Assembly (NCBI GenBank): GCA_963817235.1
Contig: CAWFNS010000001.1
Span: forward strand, 74,951-138,950
Length of the DNA stretch: 64,000 nucleotides
Origin: an uncultured Actinomycetes bacterium
GTDB taxonomy: Bacteria; Actinomycetota; UBA4738; HRBIN12
Direction of reading: 5' to 3'
Both the position numbers and the translations under genes were made by a program. Below the pieces are notes generated by a model. That model was not told where the DNA came from, made no database searches, and saw only the letters and a list, made by a program, of their open reading frames with translations. The number at the start of each line of letters is the position of its first letter. Within the stretch, counting starts at the first letter, position 1. Shown in pieces: positions 50,355 through 58,755 of the stretch.

Positions 50355-51623
50355 GCCCGCTCGTCCGGGCGCGGGCGCTGGCCGCGGCGATCGTGGTCGC
50401 GGCCATGCTGGCGCCGATCGCGCTCGTCTCGGGCGTCGCGACGGGAGCCGCCGGCCCGCCGCCGACGCCCGTGCCGCCGCACGGGAGCCTCTCGCCGTTC
50501 CCCAGCAGGCTCTCGACGCCGGCGGACGCCACCGTCGCGCCGGAGCTGAGCGCCCGGGCCGCGCTCCTCGCCGACCTCGACACCGGGCAGATCCTCGACG
50601 CCCTCCACGTCGAACGACCCTCGGCCGATCGCGAGCATCACGAAGATCATGACCGCGCTCCTGATCCTGGAGCGGATGGATCCGGCCGACGTCGTCGTGG
50701 TCGATCCTCGCGCCGTGTTCCACCGGCACGACTACGGAGCGGACTCGACCCTCGGCTTGCGCGCCGGTGAGCGGATCACCGTGCAGGACCTCCTCTACGG
50801 GCTCCTGCTCGGCTCGGCGAACGACGCCGCGTCTGCGCTCGCGATCGCCGAGGCCGGCAGCGAGACCGCGTTCGTCGGCCAGATGAACGCGCGGGCGCAC
50901 GCGCTCGGCATGCGGCACACGCTGTTCCGGTCGGTCCACGGCCTGGACGATCGCGGCCACTCGACCGCGGCGGATCTCCTCCGGTTGGTGCGCGCGGCCG
51001 ATCGCACGGCCGGGTTCGACCGGATCACGGCGACGCGCCAGCACACGATCCCGGCGCCCCGCGGCCCGGCTCGCAGGATCCAGAACCGCAACGCTCTGCT
51101 GTGGCTGTACCCGGGCTCGTTCGGCACGAAGACCGGCACCACGAGCGGCGCGGGCGCGTGCCTCGTCGCGTCGGCGCAGCGCGACGGACGTCGGTTGGTC
51201 GCGATCGTGCTGGGAGCGCCGCACGAGCCCTTCTCCGACGCGGCATCGCTCCTCGACTACGGCTTCGAGGGGTTCACCCCGCGGACGATCGTCACGGCAG
51301 GCGACGATCGAGGGACGGTGGCGATGCGCGGGGGAGCGGCCTCCGTCGTCGCCGGCGCGACGCTCACGGCGCTCGTGCCGGTCGCGGGCGGCGGCATCGC
51401 GGCGCGGACCCTCGTCGAACCGACCGTCGCGTTCCCCCCGTCGCGCGGCCAGCGGGTGGGCGCCGTCGCCTTCTCCGCGGCCGGGCTGCCGCTCGGCGGC
51501 GTGCCCCTCGTGGTCTCGACCGTGCCCCCGCCGCCGCCGGTGGGCGGAGCCTGGTGGATCCGGGCCCCCCGCTCGATCGGCCGGGCCGTCGTCGGCGCGA
51601 TCGCCGCGATCGCCGGCTCGTGA
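50351..51623 (+). CDS. dacB: D-alanyl-D-alanine carboxypeptidase (serine-type, PBP4/5-like), frameshift ~50600
   Basis: signal peptide; after shift PIASITKIMTALLILE (SxxK), ...SANDAASALA (SxN), KTGTTSGAG (KTG). Confidence 0.8.
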
Positions 51624-51670
51624 GGGCACCTCCCAGATCGCGGCGGGAGCCCTGGTAGCCTGCTCGCGGC

Positions 51671-52252
51671 ATGATGGAGGTCGCGAGCGTCCTGTACGGA
51701 CGCGAGGACGTCCGCCGCCGGGTGGAGGAGCTCGGCCGCACGATCACCGGGGACTACGTCGGGCGGGAGCCCGTGCTCGTCTCGGTCCTGAAGGGCGGTG
51801 CGATGTTCCTCGCGGACCTGGTCCGAGAGCTGGACCTCCCCGTCGAGACCCATTTCATGGCGATCAGCCGGTACGCCGGCGCCGAGGAGTCGCTCGGCCG
51901 CGTGCAGATCCTCCTGGACGTGCAGACCGACCTGGCCGGTCGTGACGTGATCCTCGTGGAGGACATCGTCGATACCGGCCTGACCTCCCGGTACCTCCTG
52001 TCCGTGCTCCGCGCACGGGCCCCGGCATCCCTGGAGCTCTGCACGTTGCTCGACAAGGCGGCGCGGCGGATCGTGCCGCTGGCGCCCCGCTACGTGGGGT
52101 TCGATTGTCCCGATGCCTTCGTCGTGGGCTACGGGCTCGATCATGCCGAGCGGTACCGCAACCTGGCCGACATCCTCCAGGTCCACGACCTCGCCGCGCT
52201 CCGGCTCGATCCGGATGCGCTCGTCCACCTCCTGACGCGCGCCGCTGCGTGA
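51671..52252 (+). CDS. hpt: hypoxanthine-guanine phosphoribosyltransferase
   Basis: VILVEDIVDTGLT (PRPP-binding motif). Confidence 0.9.
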   Translation: MMEVASVLYGREDVRRRVEELGRTITGDYVGREPVLVSVLKGGAMFLADLVRELDLPVETHFMAISRYAGAEESLGRVQILLDVQTDLAGRDVILVEDIVDTGLTSRYLLSVLRARAPASLELCTLLDKAARRIVPLAPRYVGFDCPDAFVVGYGLDHAERYRNLADILQVHDLAALRLDPDALVHLLTRAAA

Positions 52253-52294
52253 GGGTTGCCCCATCTGGGGGCCGTCGTTACCCTGGCTGCGACG

Positions 52295-52768
52295 ATGATC
52301 GAGATGGAGCTCACCGGCGTTCGCGTCGAGCTGCCCACGAACCAACCCATCGTCCTGCTGCGGGAACGCGGCGGTGAACGCTACCTCCCCATCTGGATCG
52401 GCGCTGCGGAGGCCGCGGCGATCGCGCTTTCGTTGCAGGGCGTCGCGACGCCCAGGCCGATGACGCACGACCTCCTGAAGAACATCCTGGACGACCTCGC
52501 CGTGCAGGTGCAGCGGATCGTCGTCACGGAGCTGCGCGAGAGCACGTTCTACGCGACGATCCAGTTGCAACAGGGCACCGACGCGCTCGAGATCTCCTCC
52601 CGGCCCTCGGACGCGATCGCGCTGGCGGTGCGGATGTCGGTGCCGATCTTCGCCGACGAAGGGGTGCTGGAGGAGGCCTCCATCCTGATCCCCGGCGACG
52701 AGGACGAAGAGGTCGAGAAGTTCCGGGAGTTCCTCGACAACGTCAGCCCGGACGACTTCGCGACCTGA
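52295..52768 (+). CDS. bifunctional-nuclease (BFN/DUF151) family protein
   Basis: MIEMELTGVRVELPTNQPIVLLRERGGERYLPIWIGAAEAAAIALSLQG... Confidence 0.65.
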   Translation: MIEMELTGVRVELPTNQPIVLLRERGGERYLPIWIGAAEAAAIALSLQGVATPRPMTHDLLKNILDDLAVQVQRIVVTELRESTFYATIQLQQGTDALEISSRPSDAIALAVRMSVPIFADEGVLEEASILIPGDEDEEVEKFREFLDNVSPDDFAT

Positions 52769-52813
52769 GCCATCGACAGCGATCGACCGGGGCCTGAGCC
52801 CGGATCCCGACGG

Positions 52814-53290
52814 TCAGCCGTAGAAGAAGACCGTCACCCAGAGCTTCCCGTTCATGCGAACGGCGCCGATGGCGCTGTGATAGAAGGACGGGCGCAGGAT
52901 GTTCTCGCGGTGCGGCGTCGAGGCCATGAACGCCGACTCCAGCTGCGGCACGTTGCCGCCGGTCACGCCCACGTTCTCGCCCCAGATGTGCCACTTGACG
53001 CCGTGCAGGTAATAGGCGGCCGGATCGCCCGTGTGGAAGAGCTCGTCCGCGTTGGCCATGGCGACCGAATGCCGCCGAGCCAGCTCGGAGAGCCTCGCGT
53101 TCAGGGACACCCGGTGGACCCCGTGGTTCATGCGGCTCCGGTTCGTGGCCCGCTGCATCAGGTCGCGCGCGTGGAGCTTCCCGGTCGTCACGTGGTTCGT
53201 GGTGGTCCCGGTCTCGGCGACCGCCGTACCGGCCCCCATGAGGAGCCCGATCAGGACCCCCACACAGAGGATCTTCGCCAGCCTCGTTCG
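52814..53290 (-). CDS. secreted CAP/SCP/PR-1-like domain protein
   Basis: signal peptide MRTRLAKILCVGVLIGLLMGAGTAVA; HRVSLNARLSELARRHSVAMANADELFH...HRENIL CAP motifs. Confidence 0.6.
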   Translation of the reverse strand, partial: RTRLAKILCVGVLIGLLMGAGTAVAETGTTTNHVTTGKLHARDLMQRATNRSRMNHGVHRVSLNARLSELARRHSVAMANADELFHTGDPAAYYLHGVKWHIWGENVGVTGGNVPQLESAFMASTPHRENILRPSFYHSAIGAVRMNGKLWVTVFFYG

Positions 53291-53418
53291 CATCGGTCCG
53301 TCGCACCTCCGGCCCGCGCCTTCGGTTAGCACGAGATAACTACTACCTCATCGGCCTACCCGGTGGCCACCTTGACCCCCCGGGCCCATCCAGATCGATC
53401 CTCGGCTCCTCCGTGGTC

Positions 53419-53471
53419 TTGACGAGCCCCGAGAACCCCCGTACGCTGCGGAATCACATCGTCGTGATTCC
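53419..53471 (+). promoter_or_regulatory. candidate promoter (-35 TTGACG, 17 nt, -10 TACGCT) followed by perfect palindrome GGAATCAC-N6-GTGATTCC (53450-53471)
   Basis: Lies 25-75 nt upstream of the McdR-like MerR gene. Confidence 0.4.
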
Positions 53472-53494
53472 TTCCCTCCGAACGGAGACAGGGC

Positions 53495-53944
53495 ATGGAT
53501 CAGCAGGGGTATCGGGTTCCTGAGGTCTGCAAGATCGTGGGTATCACGTACCGGCAGCTCGATTACTGGGCCAGAACGGAACTCGTAACCCCATCCGTCC
53601 GTGATGCCTCGGGGAGCGGCACGCAGCGGCTGTACTCGTTCCAGGATCTCGTCACTCTACGCGTTATCAAGAACCTCCTGGATACGGGGGTCTCCTTACA
53701 GCGGGTGCGCAAGGCCGTGGAGCACCTCGAGTCCATGGATCGGCCGGTCGCCGGCGTCACGTTGATGTCCGACGGCAAGGGTGTCTACGAGGCCCATTCG
53801 CCGCAGGAGCTCGTCGATCTGGTCCGCCAGGGGCAGGGCGTGTTCGCGATCGCGGTGGACCGGGTCTGGGAGGACGTCGAACGGGATCTGACGAAGTCGG
53901 CGCGGGGGACCGGGAAGCGACGGGCCGCGGCAGGAGGGACGTGA
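53495..53944 (+). CDS. MerR-family transcriptional regulator (McdR/Rv1830-like)
   Basis: YRVPEVCKIVGITYRQLDYWARTELVTPS...RLYSFQDLVTLRVIKNLLDTGVSLQ. Confidence 0.7.
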   Translation: MDQQGYRVPEVCKIVGITYRQLDYWARTELVTPSVRDASGSGTQRLYSFQDLVTLRVIKNLLDTGVSLQRVRKAVEHLESMDRPVAGVTLMSDGKGVYEAHSPQELVDLVRQGQGVFAIAVDRVWEDVERDLTKSARGTGKRRAAAGGT

Positions 53945-54300
53945 GCTCGAGCGCCACGCTGCTCAAGAGCGACACCGTCCGTTTCGCGCATGCGTCCGAG
54001 CGCCAGTTCGCTCGGCTGCTGGACTTCTATCAGATCGACTGGGACTACGAGCCGACCTCGTTCGACATCGCGTGGGACCGGGACGGCAACGTCGTGCAAC
54101 GATTCACGCCCGACTTCTTCCTTCGGGAGTTCGATCTCTACATCGAGATCACCACGCTGAACCAGAAGCTCGTGACGAAGAAGAACCGGAAGGTCCGCCG
54201 GCTCCGCGAGCGGTACCCGGAGATCCGGTGCAAGGTCTTCTACCAGCGAGACTACCTGTCCCTCGTCACGAAGTACGGCCTCGAAGACGCGTCGGGCTGA
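53941..54300 (+). CDS. conserved hypothetical protein (GTGA-coupled to the MerR gene)
   Basis: 119 aa, K/R-rich, visibly lower GC than neighbours; no recognised domain. Confidence 0.4.
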   Translation: MSSSATLLKSDTVRFAHASERQFARLLDFYQIDWDYEPTSFDIAWDRDGNVVQRFTPDFFLREFDLYIEITTLNQKLVTKKNRKVRRLRERYPEIRCKVFYQRDYLSLVTKYGLEDASG

Positions 54301-54328
54301 CACGGTGCGACCCGTACAATCCTGAGCC

Positions 54329-55654
54329 GTGAGGTTCGCTCCGCACACCGACGACGACGTCACCCAGATGCTCGCCACGATCGGCGTCGGGTCGCTGGAC
54401 GACCTCTTCGAGGAGATCCCGTCGGCGCTGCGGCTCGAGGGTGCGCTGGATCTCCCGGGGGGCGTCTCCGAGCAGGAGATCCTCGAGGACCTCGGCAACC
54501 TGGCTCGCGCCGACCGATCGGTCGAGGACCTCGTGTGCTTCGCCGGGGCCGGCGCGTACGACCACTTCGTGCCGAGCGTCGTGTGGGCGCTCGCCGGGCG
54601 ATCGGAGTTCTTCACCTCGTACACGCCCTACCAGCCCGAGCTCTCCCAGGGGGTGCTCCAGACCCTCTTCGAGTTCCAGTCGATGGTGTGCGAGCTGACC
54701 GAGCTCGACGTGTCGAACGCCTCGCTGTACGACGGCGCGACGGCCCTCGTCGAGGCCGTGAACATGGCGAGGGCGGGAGGCCGGCATCGCGTCCTCGTGG
54801 CCGGCGGGGTCGACCCGAGGCTCGTGGCGACGCTCCGGACCTACGGCGCGGGGAGCGGGTACGTGCCCGAGGTCCTGGAGGCGCCCGCCGGCTGGGGCGG
54901 CGCGCCGGCGGAGCTGGGGCCCGACGTCGCGGCCGTCGTGGTCCAGCATCCCAACGTGTTCGGCATCCTCGAGGACGTCGCCTCGTTCGCCGAGCTCGCC
55001 CGCGGGGGAGGGGCGGAGCTGATCCAGGTCTTCGACCCGACCTCCCTCGGCGTCCTGGCGCCGCCTGGAGCCCTCGGCGCGGATATCGCCGTCGCGGAGG
55101 GCCAATCGCTCGGCAACCACCTGAACTTCGGCGGGCCGTACCTGGGGATCCTCGCCGCCCGCATGGAGCATGTCCGCAAGATGCCGGGGCGCATCGTGGG
55201 GGAGACCCTCGACGTGGACGGCGACACCGGCTACGTCTTGACGCTGCAGGCTCGCGAGCAACACATCCGTCGTGAGAAGGCGACCTCGAACATCTGCACG
55301 AACCAGACCTTGATGGCGATCGCCGCGACGATCCATCTGGCCTGGCTCGGGCCCGAGGGCCTGGCCGAGCTCGGCCACCGATGCGCCGCGAAGGCCGCCT
55401 ACGCGTTCACCGTCCTCACGGCCGTGCCGGGCGTGCGGGCCGCGTTCCCGGACGCGCCGTTCTTCAAGGAGTTCGCGATCCGGGTTCCCGGCGAAGCCGC
55501 CGACGTGCGCGATGCCCTGATCGACCGGGGGTTCCTGGCCGGTGTGCCCGCGCCGTGGGCCGGCCCCGACGTCCTGCTCGTCGCGGTGACCGAGCGCCGC
55601 TCGCGCGCGCAGATCGACGCGCTGGCGTCGGCGCTCGCGGAGGTCGTCGCGTGA
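54329..55654 (+). CDS. gcvPA: glycine dehydrogenase (decarboxylating) subunit 1
   Basis: FAGAGAYDHFVPSVVWALAGRSEFFTSYTPYQPELSQGVLQTLFEFQSMVCELTELDVSNASLYDGATALVEAV. Confidence 0.9.
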   Translation: MRFAPHTDDDVTQMLATIGVGSLDDLFEEIPSALRLEGALDLPGGVSEQEILEDLGNLARADRSVEDLVCFAGAGAYDHFVPSVVWALAGRSEFFTSYTPYQPELSQGVLQTLFEFQSMVCELTELDVSNASLYDGATALVEAVNMARAGGRHRVLVAGGVDPRLVATLRTYGAGSGYVPEVLEAPAGWGGAPAELGPDVAAVVVQHPNVFGILEDVASFAELARGGGAELIQVFDPTSLGVLAPPGALGADIAVAEGQSLGNHLNFGGPYLGILAARMEHVRKMPGRIVGETLDVDGDTGYVLTLQAREQHIRREKATSNICTNQTLMAIAATIHLAWLGPEGLAELGHRCAAKAAYAFTVLTAVPGVRAAFPDAPFFKEFAIRVPGEAADVRDALIDRGFLAGVPAPWAGPDVLLVAVTERRSRAQIDALASALAEVVA

Positions 55655-57126
55655 GGCGCGGCGCCCCGGTCCGGGGCCAGGGGCCGCCGACGGCGGGGAC
55701 GGTCGCCGCGCTCTCTCGACCCGGCCGGCGGGCGTGGAGCTTCGCGCCGCTCGACGTCGAGCCGGTCGAGGTCCCGGCTGCGCACCGCCGGGCGTCCGCC
55801 CCGGGACTGCCGCAGCTCTCGGAGCTCGACCTCGTGCGCCACTACACCCGCTTGTCGCAGATGAACTACGGGGTCGACACGGGGGTGTATCCGCTGGGGT
55901 CGTGCTCGATGAAGTACAACCCGAAGCTGGCGGAGGCCGCCGCCGCGCTGCCGGGGTTCGCGCGCCTGCACCCGCTGCAGCCGGACGCGACCGTGCAGGG
56001 GGCGCTGGAGCTGCTGTGGCGGCTCGAGCGGGCGCTCTGCGAGATCACCGGCATGGCCCGCGCCACCCTGCAGCCGCCCGCGGGCGCGTGCGGGGAGCTG
56101 ACGGGCCTGCTGATGATGCGCGCCTTCCACGACGCGCAGGGGTCGCCCCGGTCCACGGTGCTCATCCCGGACGCCGCACACGGGACGAATCCCGCGAGCG
56201 TACGGATGGGCGGCTTCGACGTCGTCCACATCCCGGCGGACGATCGCGGGCTCGTCGACGTCGAGGCGCTGGCCCGGGCGATCGACGACGACGTCGCCGG
56301 CCTCATGCTCACGAACCCGAACACGCTGGGCCTGTTCGAGCGAGACATCGAGCGGATCACCGAGCTCGTGCACCGCGCCGGCGGGCTCGTCTACTACGAC
56401 GGGGCAAACCTCAACGCGATCATGGGCCGGACGCGACCCGGCGACATGGGCTTCGACATCGTCCACATCAACACGCACAAGACGTTCGCCACGCCGCACG
56501 GCGGGGGAGGGCCGGGGGCCGGACCGGTCGGTGTGGTCGAGCGGCTCGTGCCGTTCCTCCCGGTGCCACGCGTCGAACGCGACGGGGACACCGGCGCGTT
56601 CCACCTGTCCGAGGAGGCGCCGGCGTCGATCGGACGGATGCACGGCTTCAACGGGAACTTCGCGGTCCTCGTGCGCGCCTACGCGTACGTGTTCCTCCAC
56701 GGCGCCGACGGCCTCCGCGAGGTCAGCGAGCGCGCCGTGCTGAACGCGAACTACCTCGCGGCGCTCGTGCGCGACGTCTTCCCGCTGGCGCAGCCGGACC
56801 TGCGGCCGATGCACGAGTTCGTCTCGACATCCGCGGAGCTCAAAGATCGCACCGGGATCCGCGTGATGGACATCGCGAAGCGGCTGATCGACCTCGGGTA
56901 CCACCCGCCGACGGTGTACTTCCCGCTCGTGGTGGAGGAGGCGCTGATGGTCGAGCCCACGGAGACCGAGACGCGCGAGACCCTCGAAGGGCTCGCGGCG
57001 GCGTTGCGACAGGCGGCCGCGGAAGCCACGACCGACCCCGAGGTGCTGCACGACGCGCCGCTGAGCACCCCGGTGCGGCGCTTGGACGAAGCGCGGGCGG
57101 CGCGCCAGCTCAAGCTGCGCTGGTAG
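55651..57126 (+). CDS. gcvPB: glycine dehydrogenase (decarboxylating) subunit 2
   Basis: YPLGSCSMKYNPK...DAAHGTNPAS...HINTHKTFATPHGGGGPGAGP (PLP-lysine region); GTGA overlap with gcvPA. Confidence 0.9.
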   Translation: MRRGAPVRGQGPPTAGTVAALSRPGRRAWSFAPLDVEPVEVPAAHRRASAPGLPQLSELDLVRHYTRLSQMNYGVDTGVYPLGSCSMKYNPKLAEAAAALPGFARLHPLQPDATVQGALELLWRLERALCEITGMARATLQPPAGACGELTGLLMMRAFHDAQGSPRSTVLIPDAAHGTNPASVRMGGFDVVHIPADDRGLVDVEALARAIDDDVAGLMLTNPNTLGLFERDIERITELVHRAGGLVYYDGANLNAIMGRTRPGDMGFDIVHINTHKTFATPHGGGGPGAGPVGVVERLVPFLPVPRVERDGDTGAFHLSEEAPASIGRMHGFNGNFAVLVRAYAYVFLHGADGLREVSERAVLNANYLAALVRDVFPLAQPDLRPMHEFVSTSAELKDRTGIRVMDIAKRLIDLGYHPPTVYFPLVVEEALMVEPTETETRETLEGLAAALRQAAAEATTDPEVLHDAPLSTPVRRLDEARAARQLKLRW

Positions 57127-57180
57127 CCGCGGGGGAGGGCCGGGCGCCCCTCCCGGACGCCCGGACCCTCCTGCGGATCC

Positions 57181-58523
57181 TTACGCTTCCCGGCTCCGCT
57201 TGCGACCCACCGCGAGGCCGAGCAGACCCAGGAGCCCCAGGCCCCCCGCCAGGGCGCCGAGCGGCGCCGCGTCGGAGCCCGTGAAGGCCGTGCCCGGCGA
57301 CGTCGAAGCCGAGGCGCTGGCGGCGGCGACGATCGTGACGATCGCGTCCGCGTCGCTGTCGACGGTCAGCCCGAGCGTGTCGCTCCCGCTCACGGTGGCC
57401 ACGTTCTTGACCGAGACCACGCCCGAGGGCAGCGTGTACTTCTTCGTCAGGACGACGGAGTCACCGGGCGCGAGCTCCTTGATCGTGCCGATGTGCCCGA
57501 GCACGTCGTCGTTCACCACGACGTGGTACAGCGTGGTGTCACCCGTGTTCGTCACCGTGTAGCTGTACGTCACCTCGTCGCCGGGGTGACCGTTCTTCGG
57601 ATCGACCGTCTTCACGATGTCGATCTTCGGGTGGATCAGGTCCACCGTGTGCTCGTCGGTGTCGGTCGCCGTGCAGCCGCAGGTGTCCTTCCCCGTCACC
57701 GTCGCCGTGTTCGGCAGGGGATCGGGGTCGCTCTTCGTGACGAGGTGCGTGCACGTGTACGACCAGTCCTCGCCGGGCTGGAGGATCCCGTCACCGTCGT
57801 CGCCCGAAACGAGCACCGGCGCCTCGTCGCACAGCGGGTCGGTCACCGTGATGTCGTGCAGCGGCCTCGACGTCGTCACCCGGACGTCGAACGTGTACGT
57901 GATCGTGTCGCCCACGTGCGCGAGCTTCGGGCCGCCCTTGATGATCTCGATGCCGATCTTCGGCCGGCCGGTCACCGTGAAGCACTCCGACGTGTCGTTC
58001 GTGTGCGAGGTCGCGGCGAACGGCTCGTTCGGGCCCGGCTGGTAGTCGGCCCGGAAGCAGTAGATCCCCGGTTCGGTCGGGGTCGCCTCGGAGGAGGTCG
58101 CCGTCGTGCCGCCGTCCTGGTCCTCGGTGGCAACCGGGTCGCCGACCTGCGTGCCGCCGCCCCCGCATCCTGCCGCGACCTGCTCAGGCCCGCACAGCCA
58201 GAACGTGACGAGCCCGCCGGGCGTGCCGTCGTCGCCGCTCCATCCGCTCAGGCTGGCCGTGTCGGTGACGGTGTCGCCGGCCTTGATGGAGGAGTCGCTG
58301 ACCTTGGTCTCCACGTCGGGCGCGCAGACCACGTGGGTCGAGGTCGCGCTGAGTTGCGTTCCCGTGGGACATGTCGGGAGGTGCCGTCGTCGCCTGCGCG
58401 CTGGCGATGCCCAATCGGCAACAGCAACAGCGACAGGAACGTGGTTGCCAAACCGAGACGCGTCACCCAACCCAGACGATGTGTGCCGGACGTCCGTGTG
58501 CCAGACCGACCCTTCACTGTCAC
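57181..58523 (-). CDS. DUF11-repeat cell-surface protein with C-terminal sortase-type sorting signal (TAFTG + TM + RKRSREA); two frameshifts near the 5' end
   Basis: Signal peptide RLGLATTFLSLLLLPIG|IASAQA spread over three frames; repeats ...GDTITYTFDVRVTTS... / ...GDEVTYSYTVTNTGDTTLYHVVVND...; C-terminus GTAFTGSDAAPLGALAGGLGLLGLLGLAVGRKRSREA. Confidence 0.6.
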
Positions 58524-58755
58524 GACCCCCCAAGTGGTTCCTCAGCCGCACGCCTCGGCGCGCGGATACGTCATCCGCGGATCTGAGCCCGATCCACGAG
58601 GAAGGTACGACACCCGAACGGGGGACGCATCAGGCGAAAGCGTCCGACCCCGGATGGCGTTGGGCGTAGGTCCATCACAACATTACATAATGTGCGTTAT
58701 GGGCGTTGTGCGCGAGCGACCCATGCCAGACGCATGGCCCGGCCTCATGCCCGGC

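Noticed and set aside
49242-51629. 795-aa minus-strand ORF
   Set aside because: Antisense to garA-like, merR and dacB.
53330-54328. Looked for a glycine riboswitch upstream of gcvPA, and near gcvH
   Set aside because: No tandem GGAGAG...ACCG...GCACCGAAGG aptamer cores seen. The leader instead holds a promoter/palindrome for the MerR gene.
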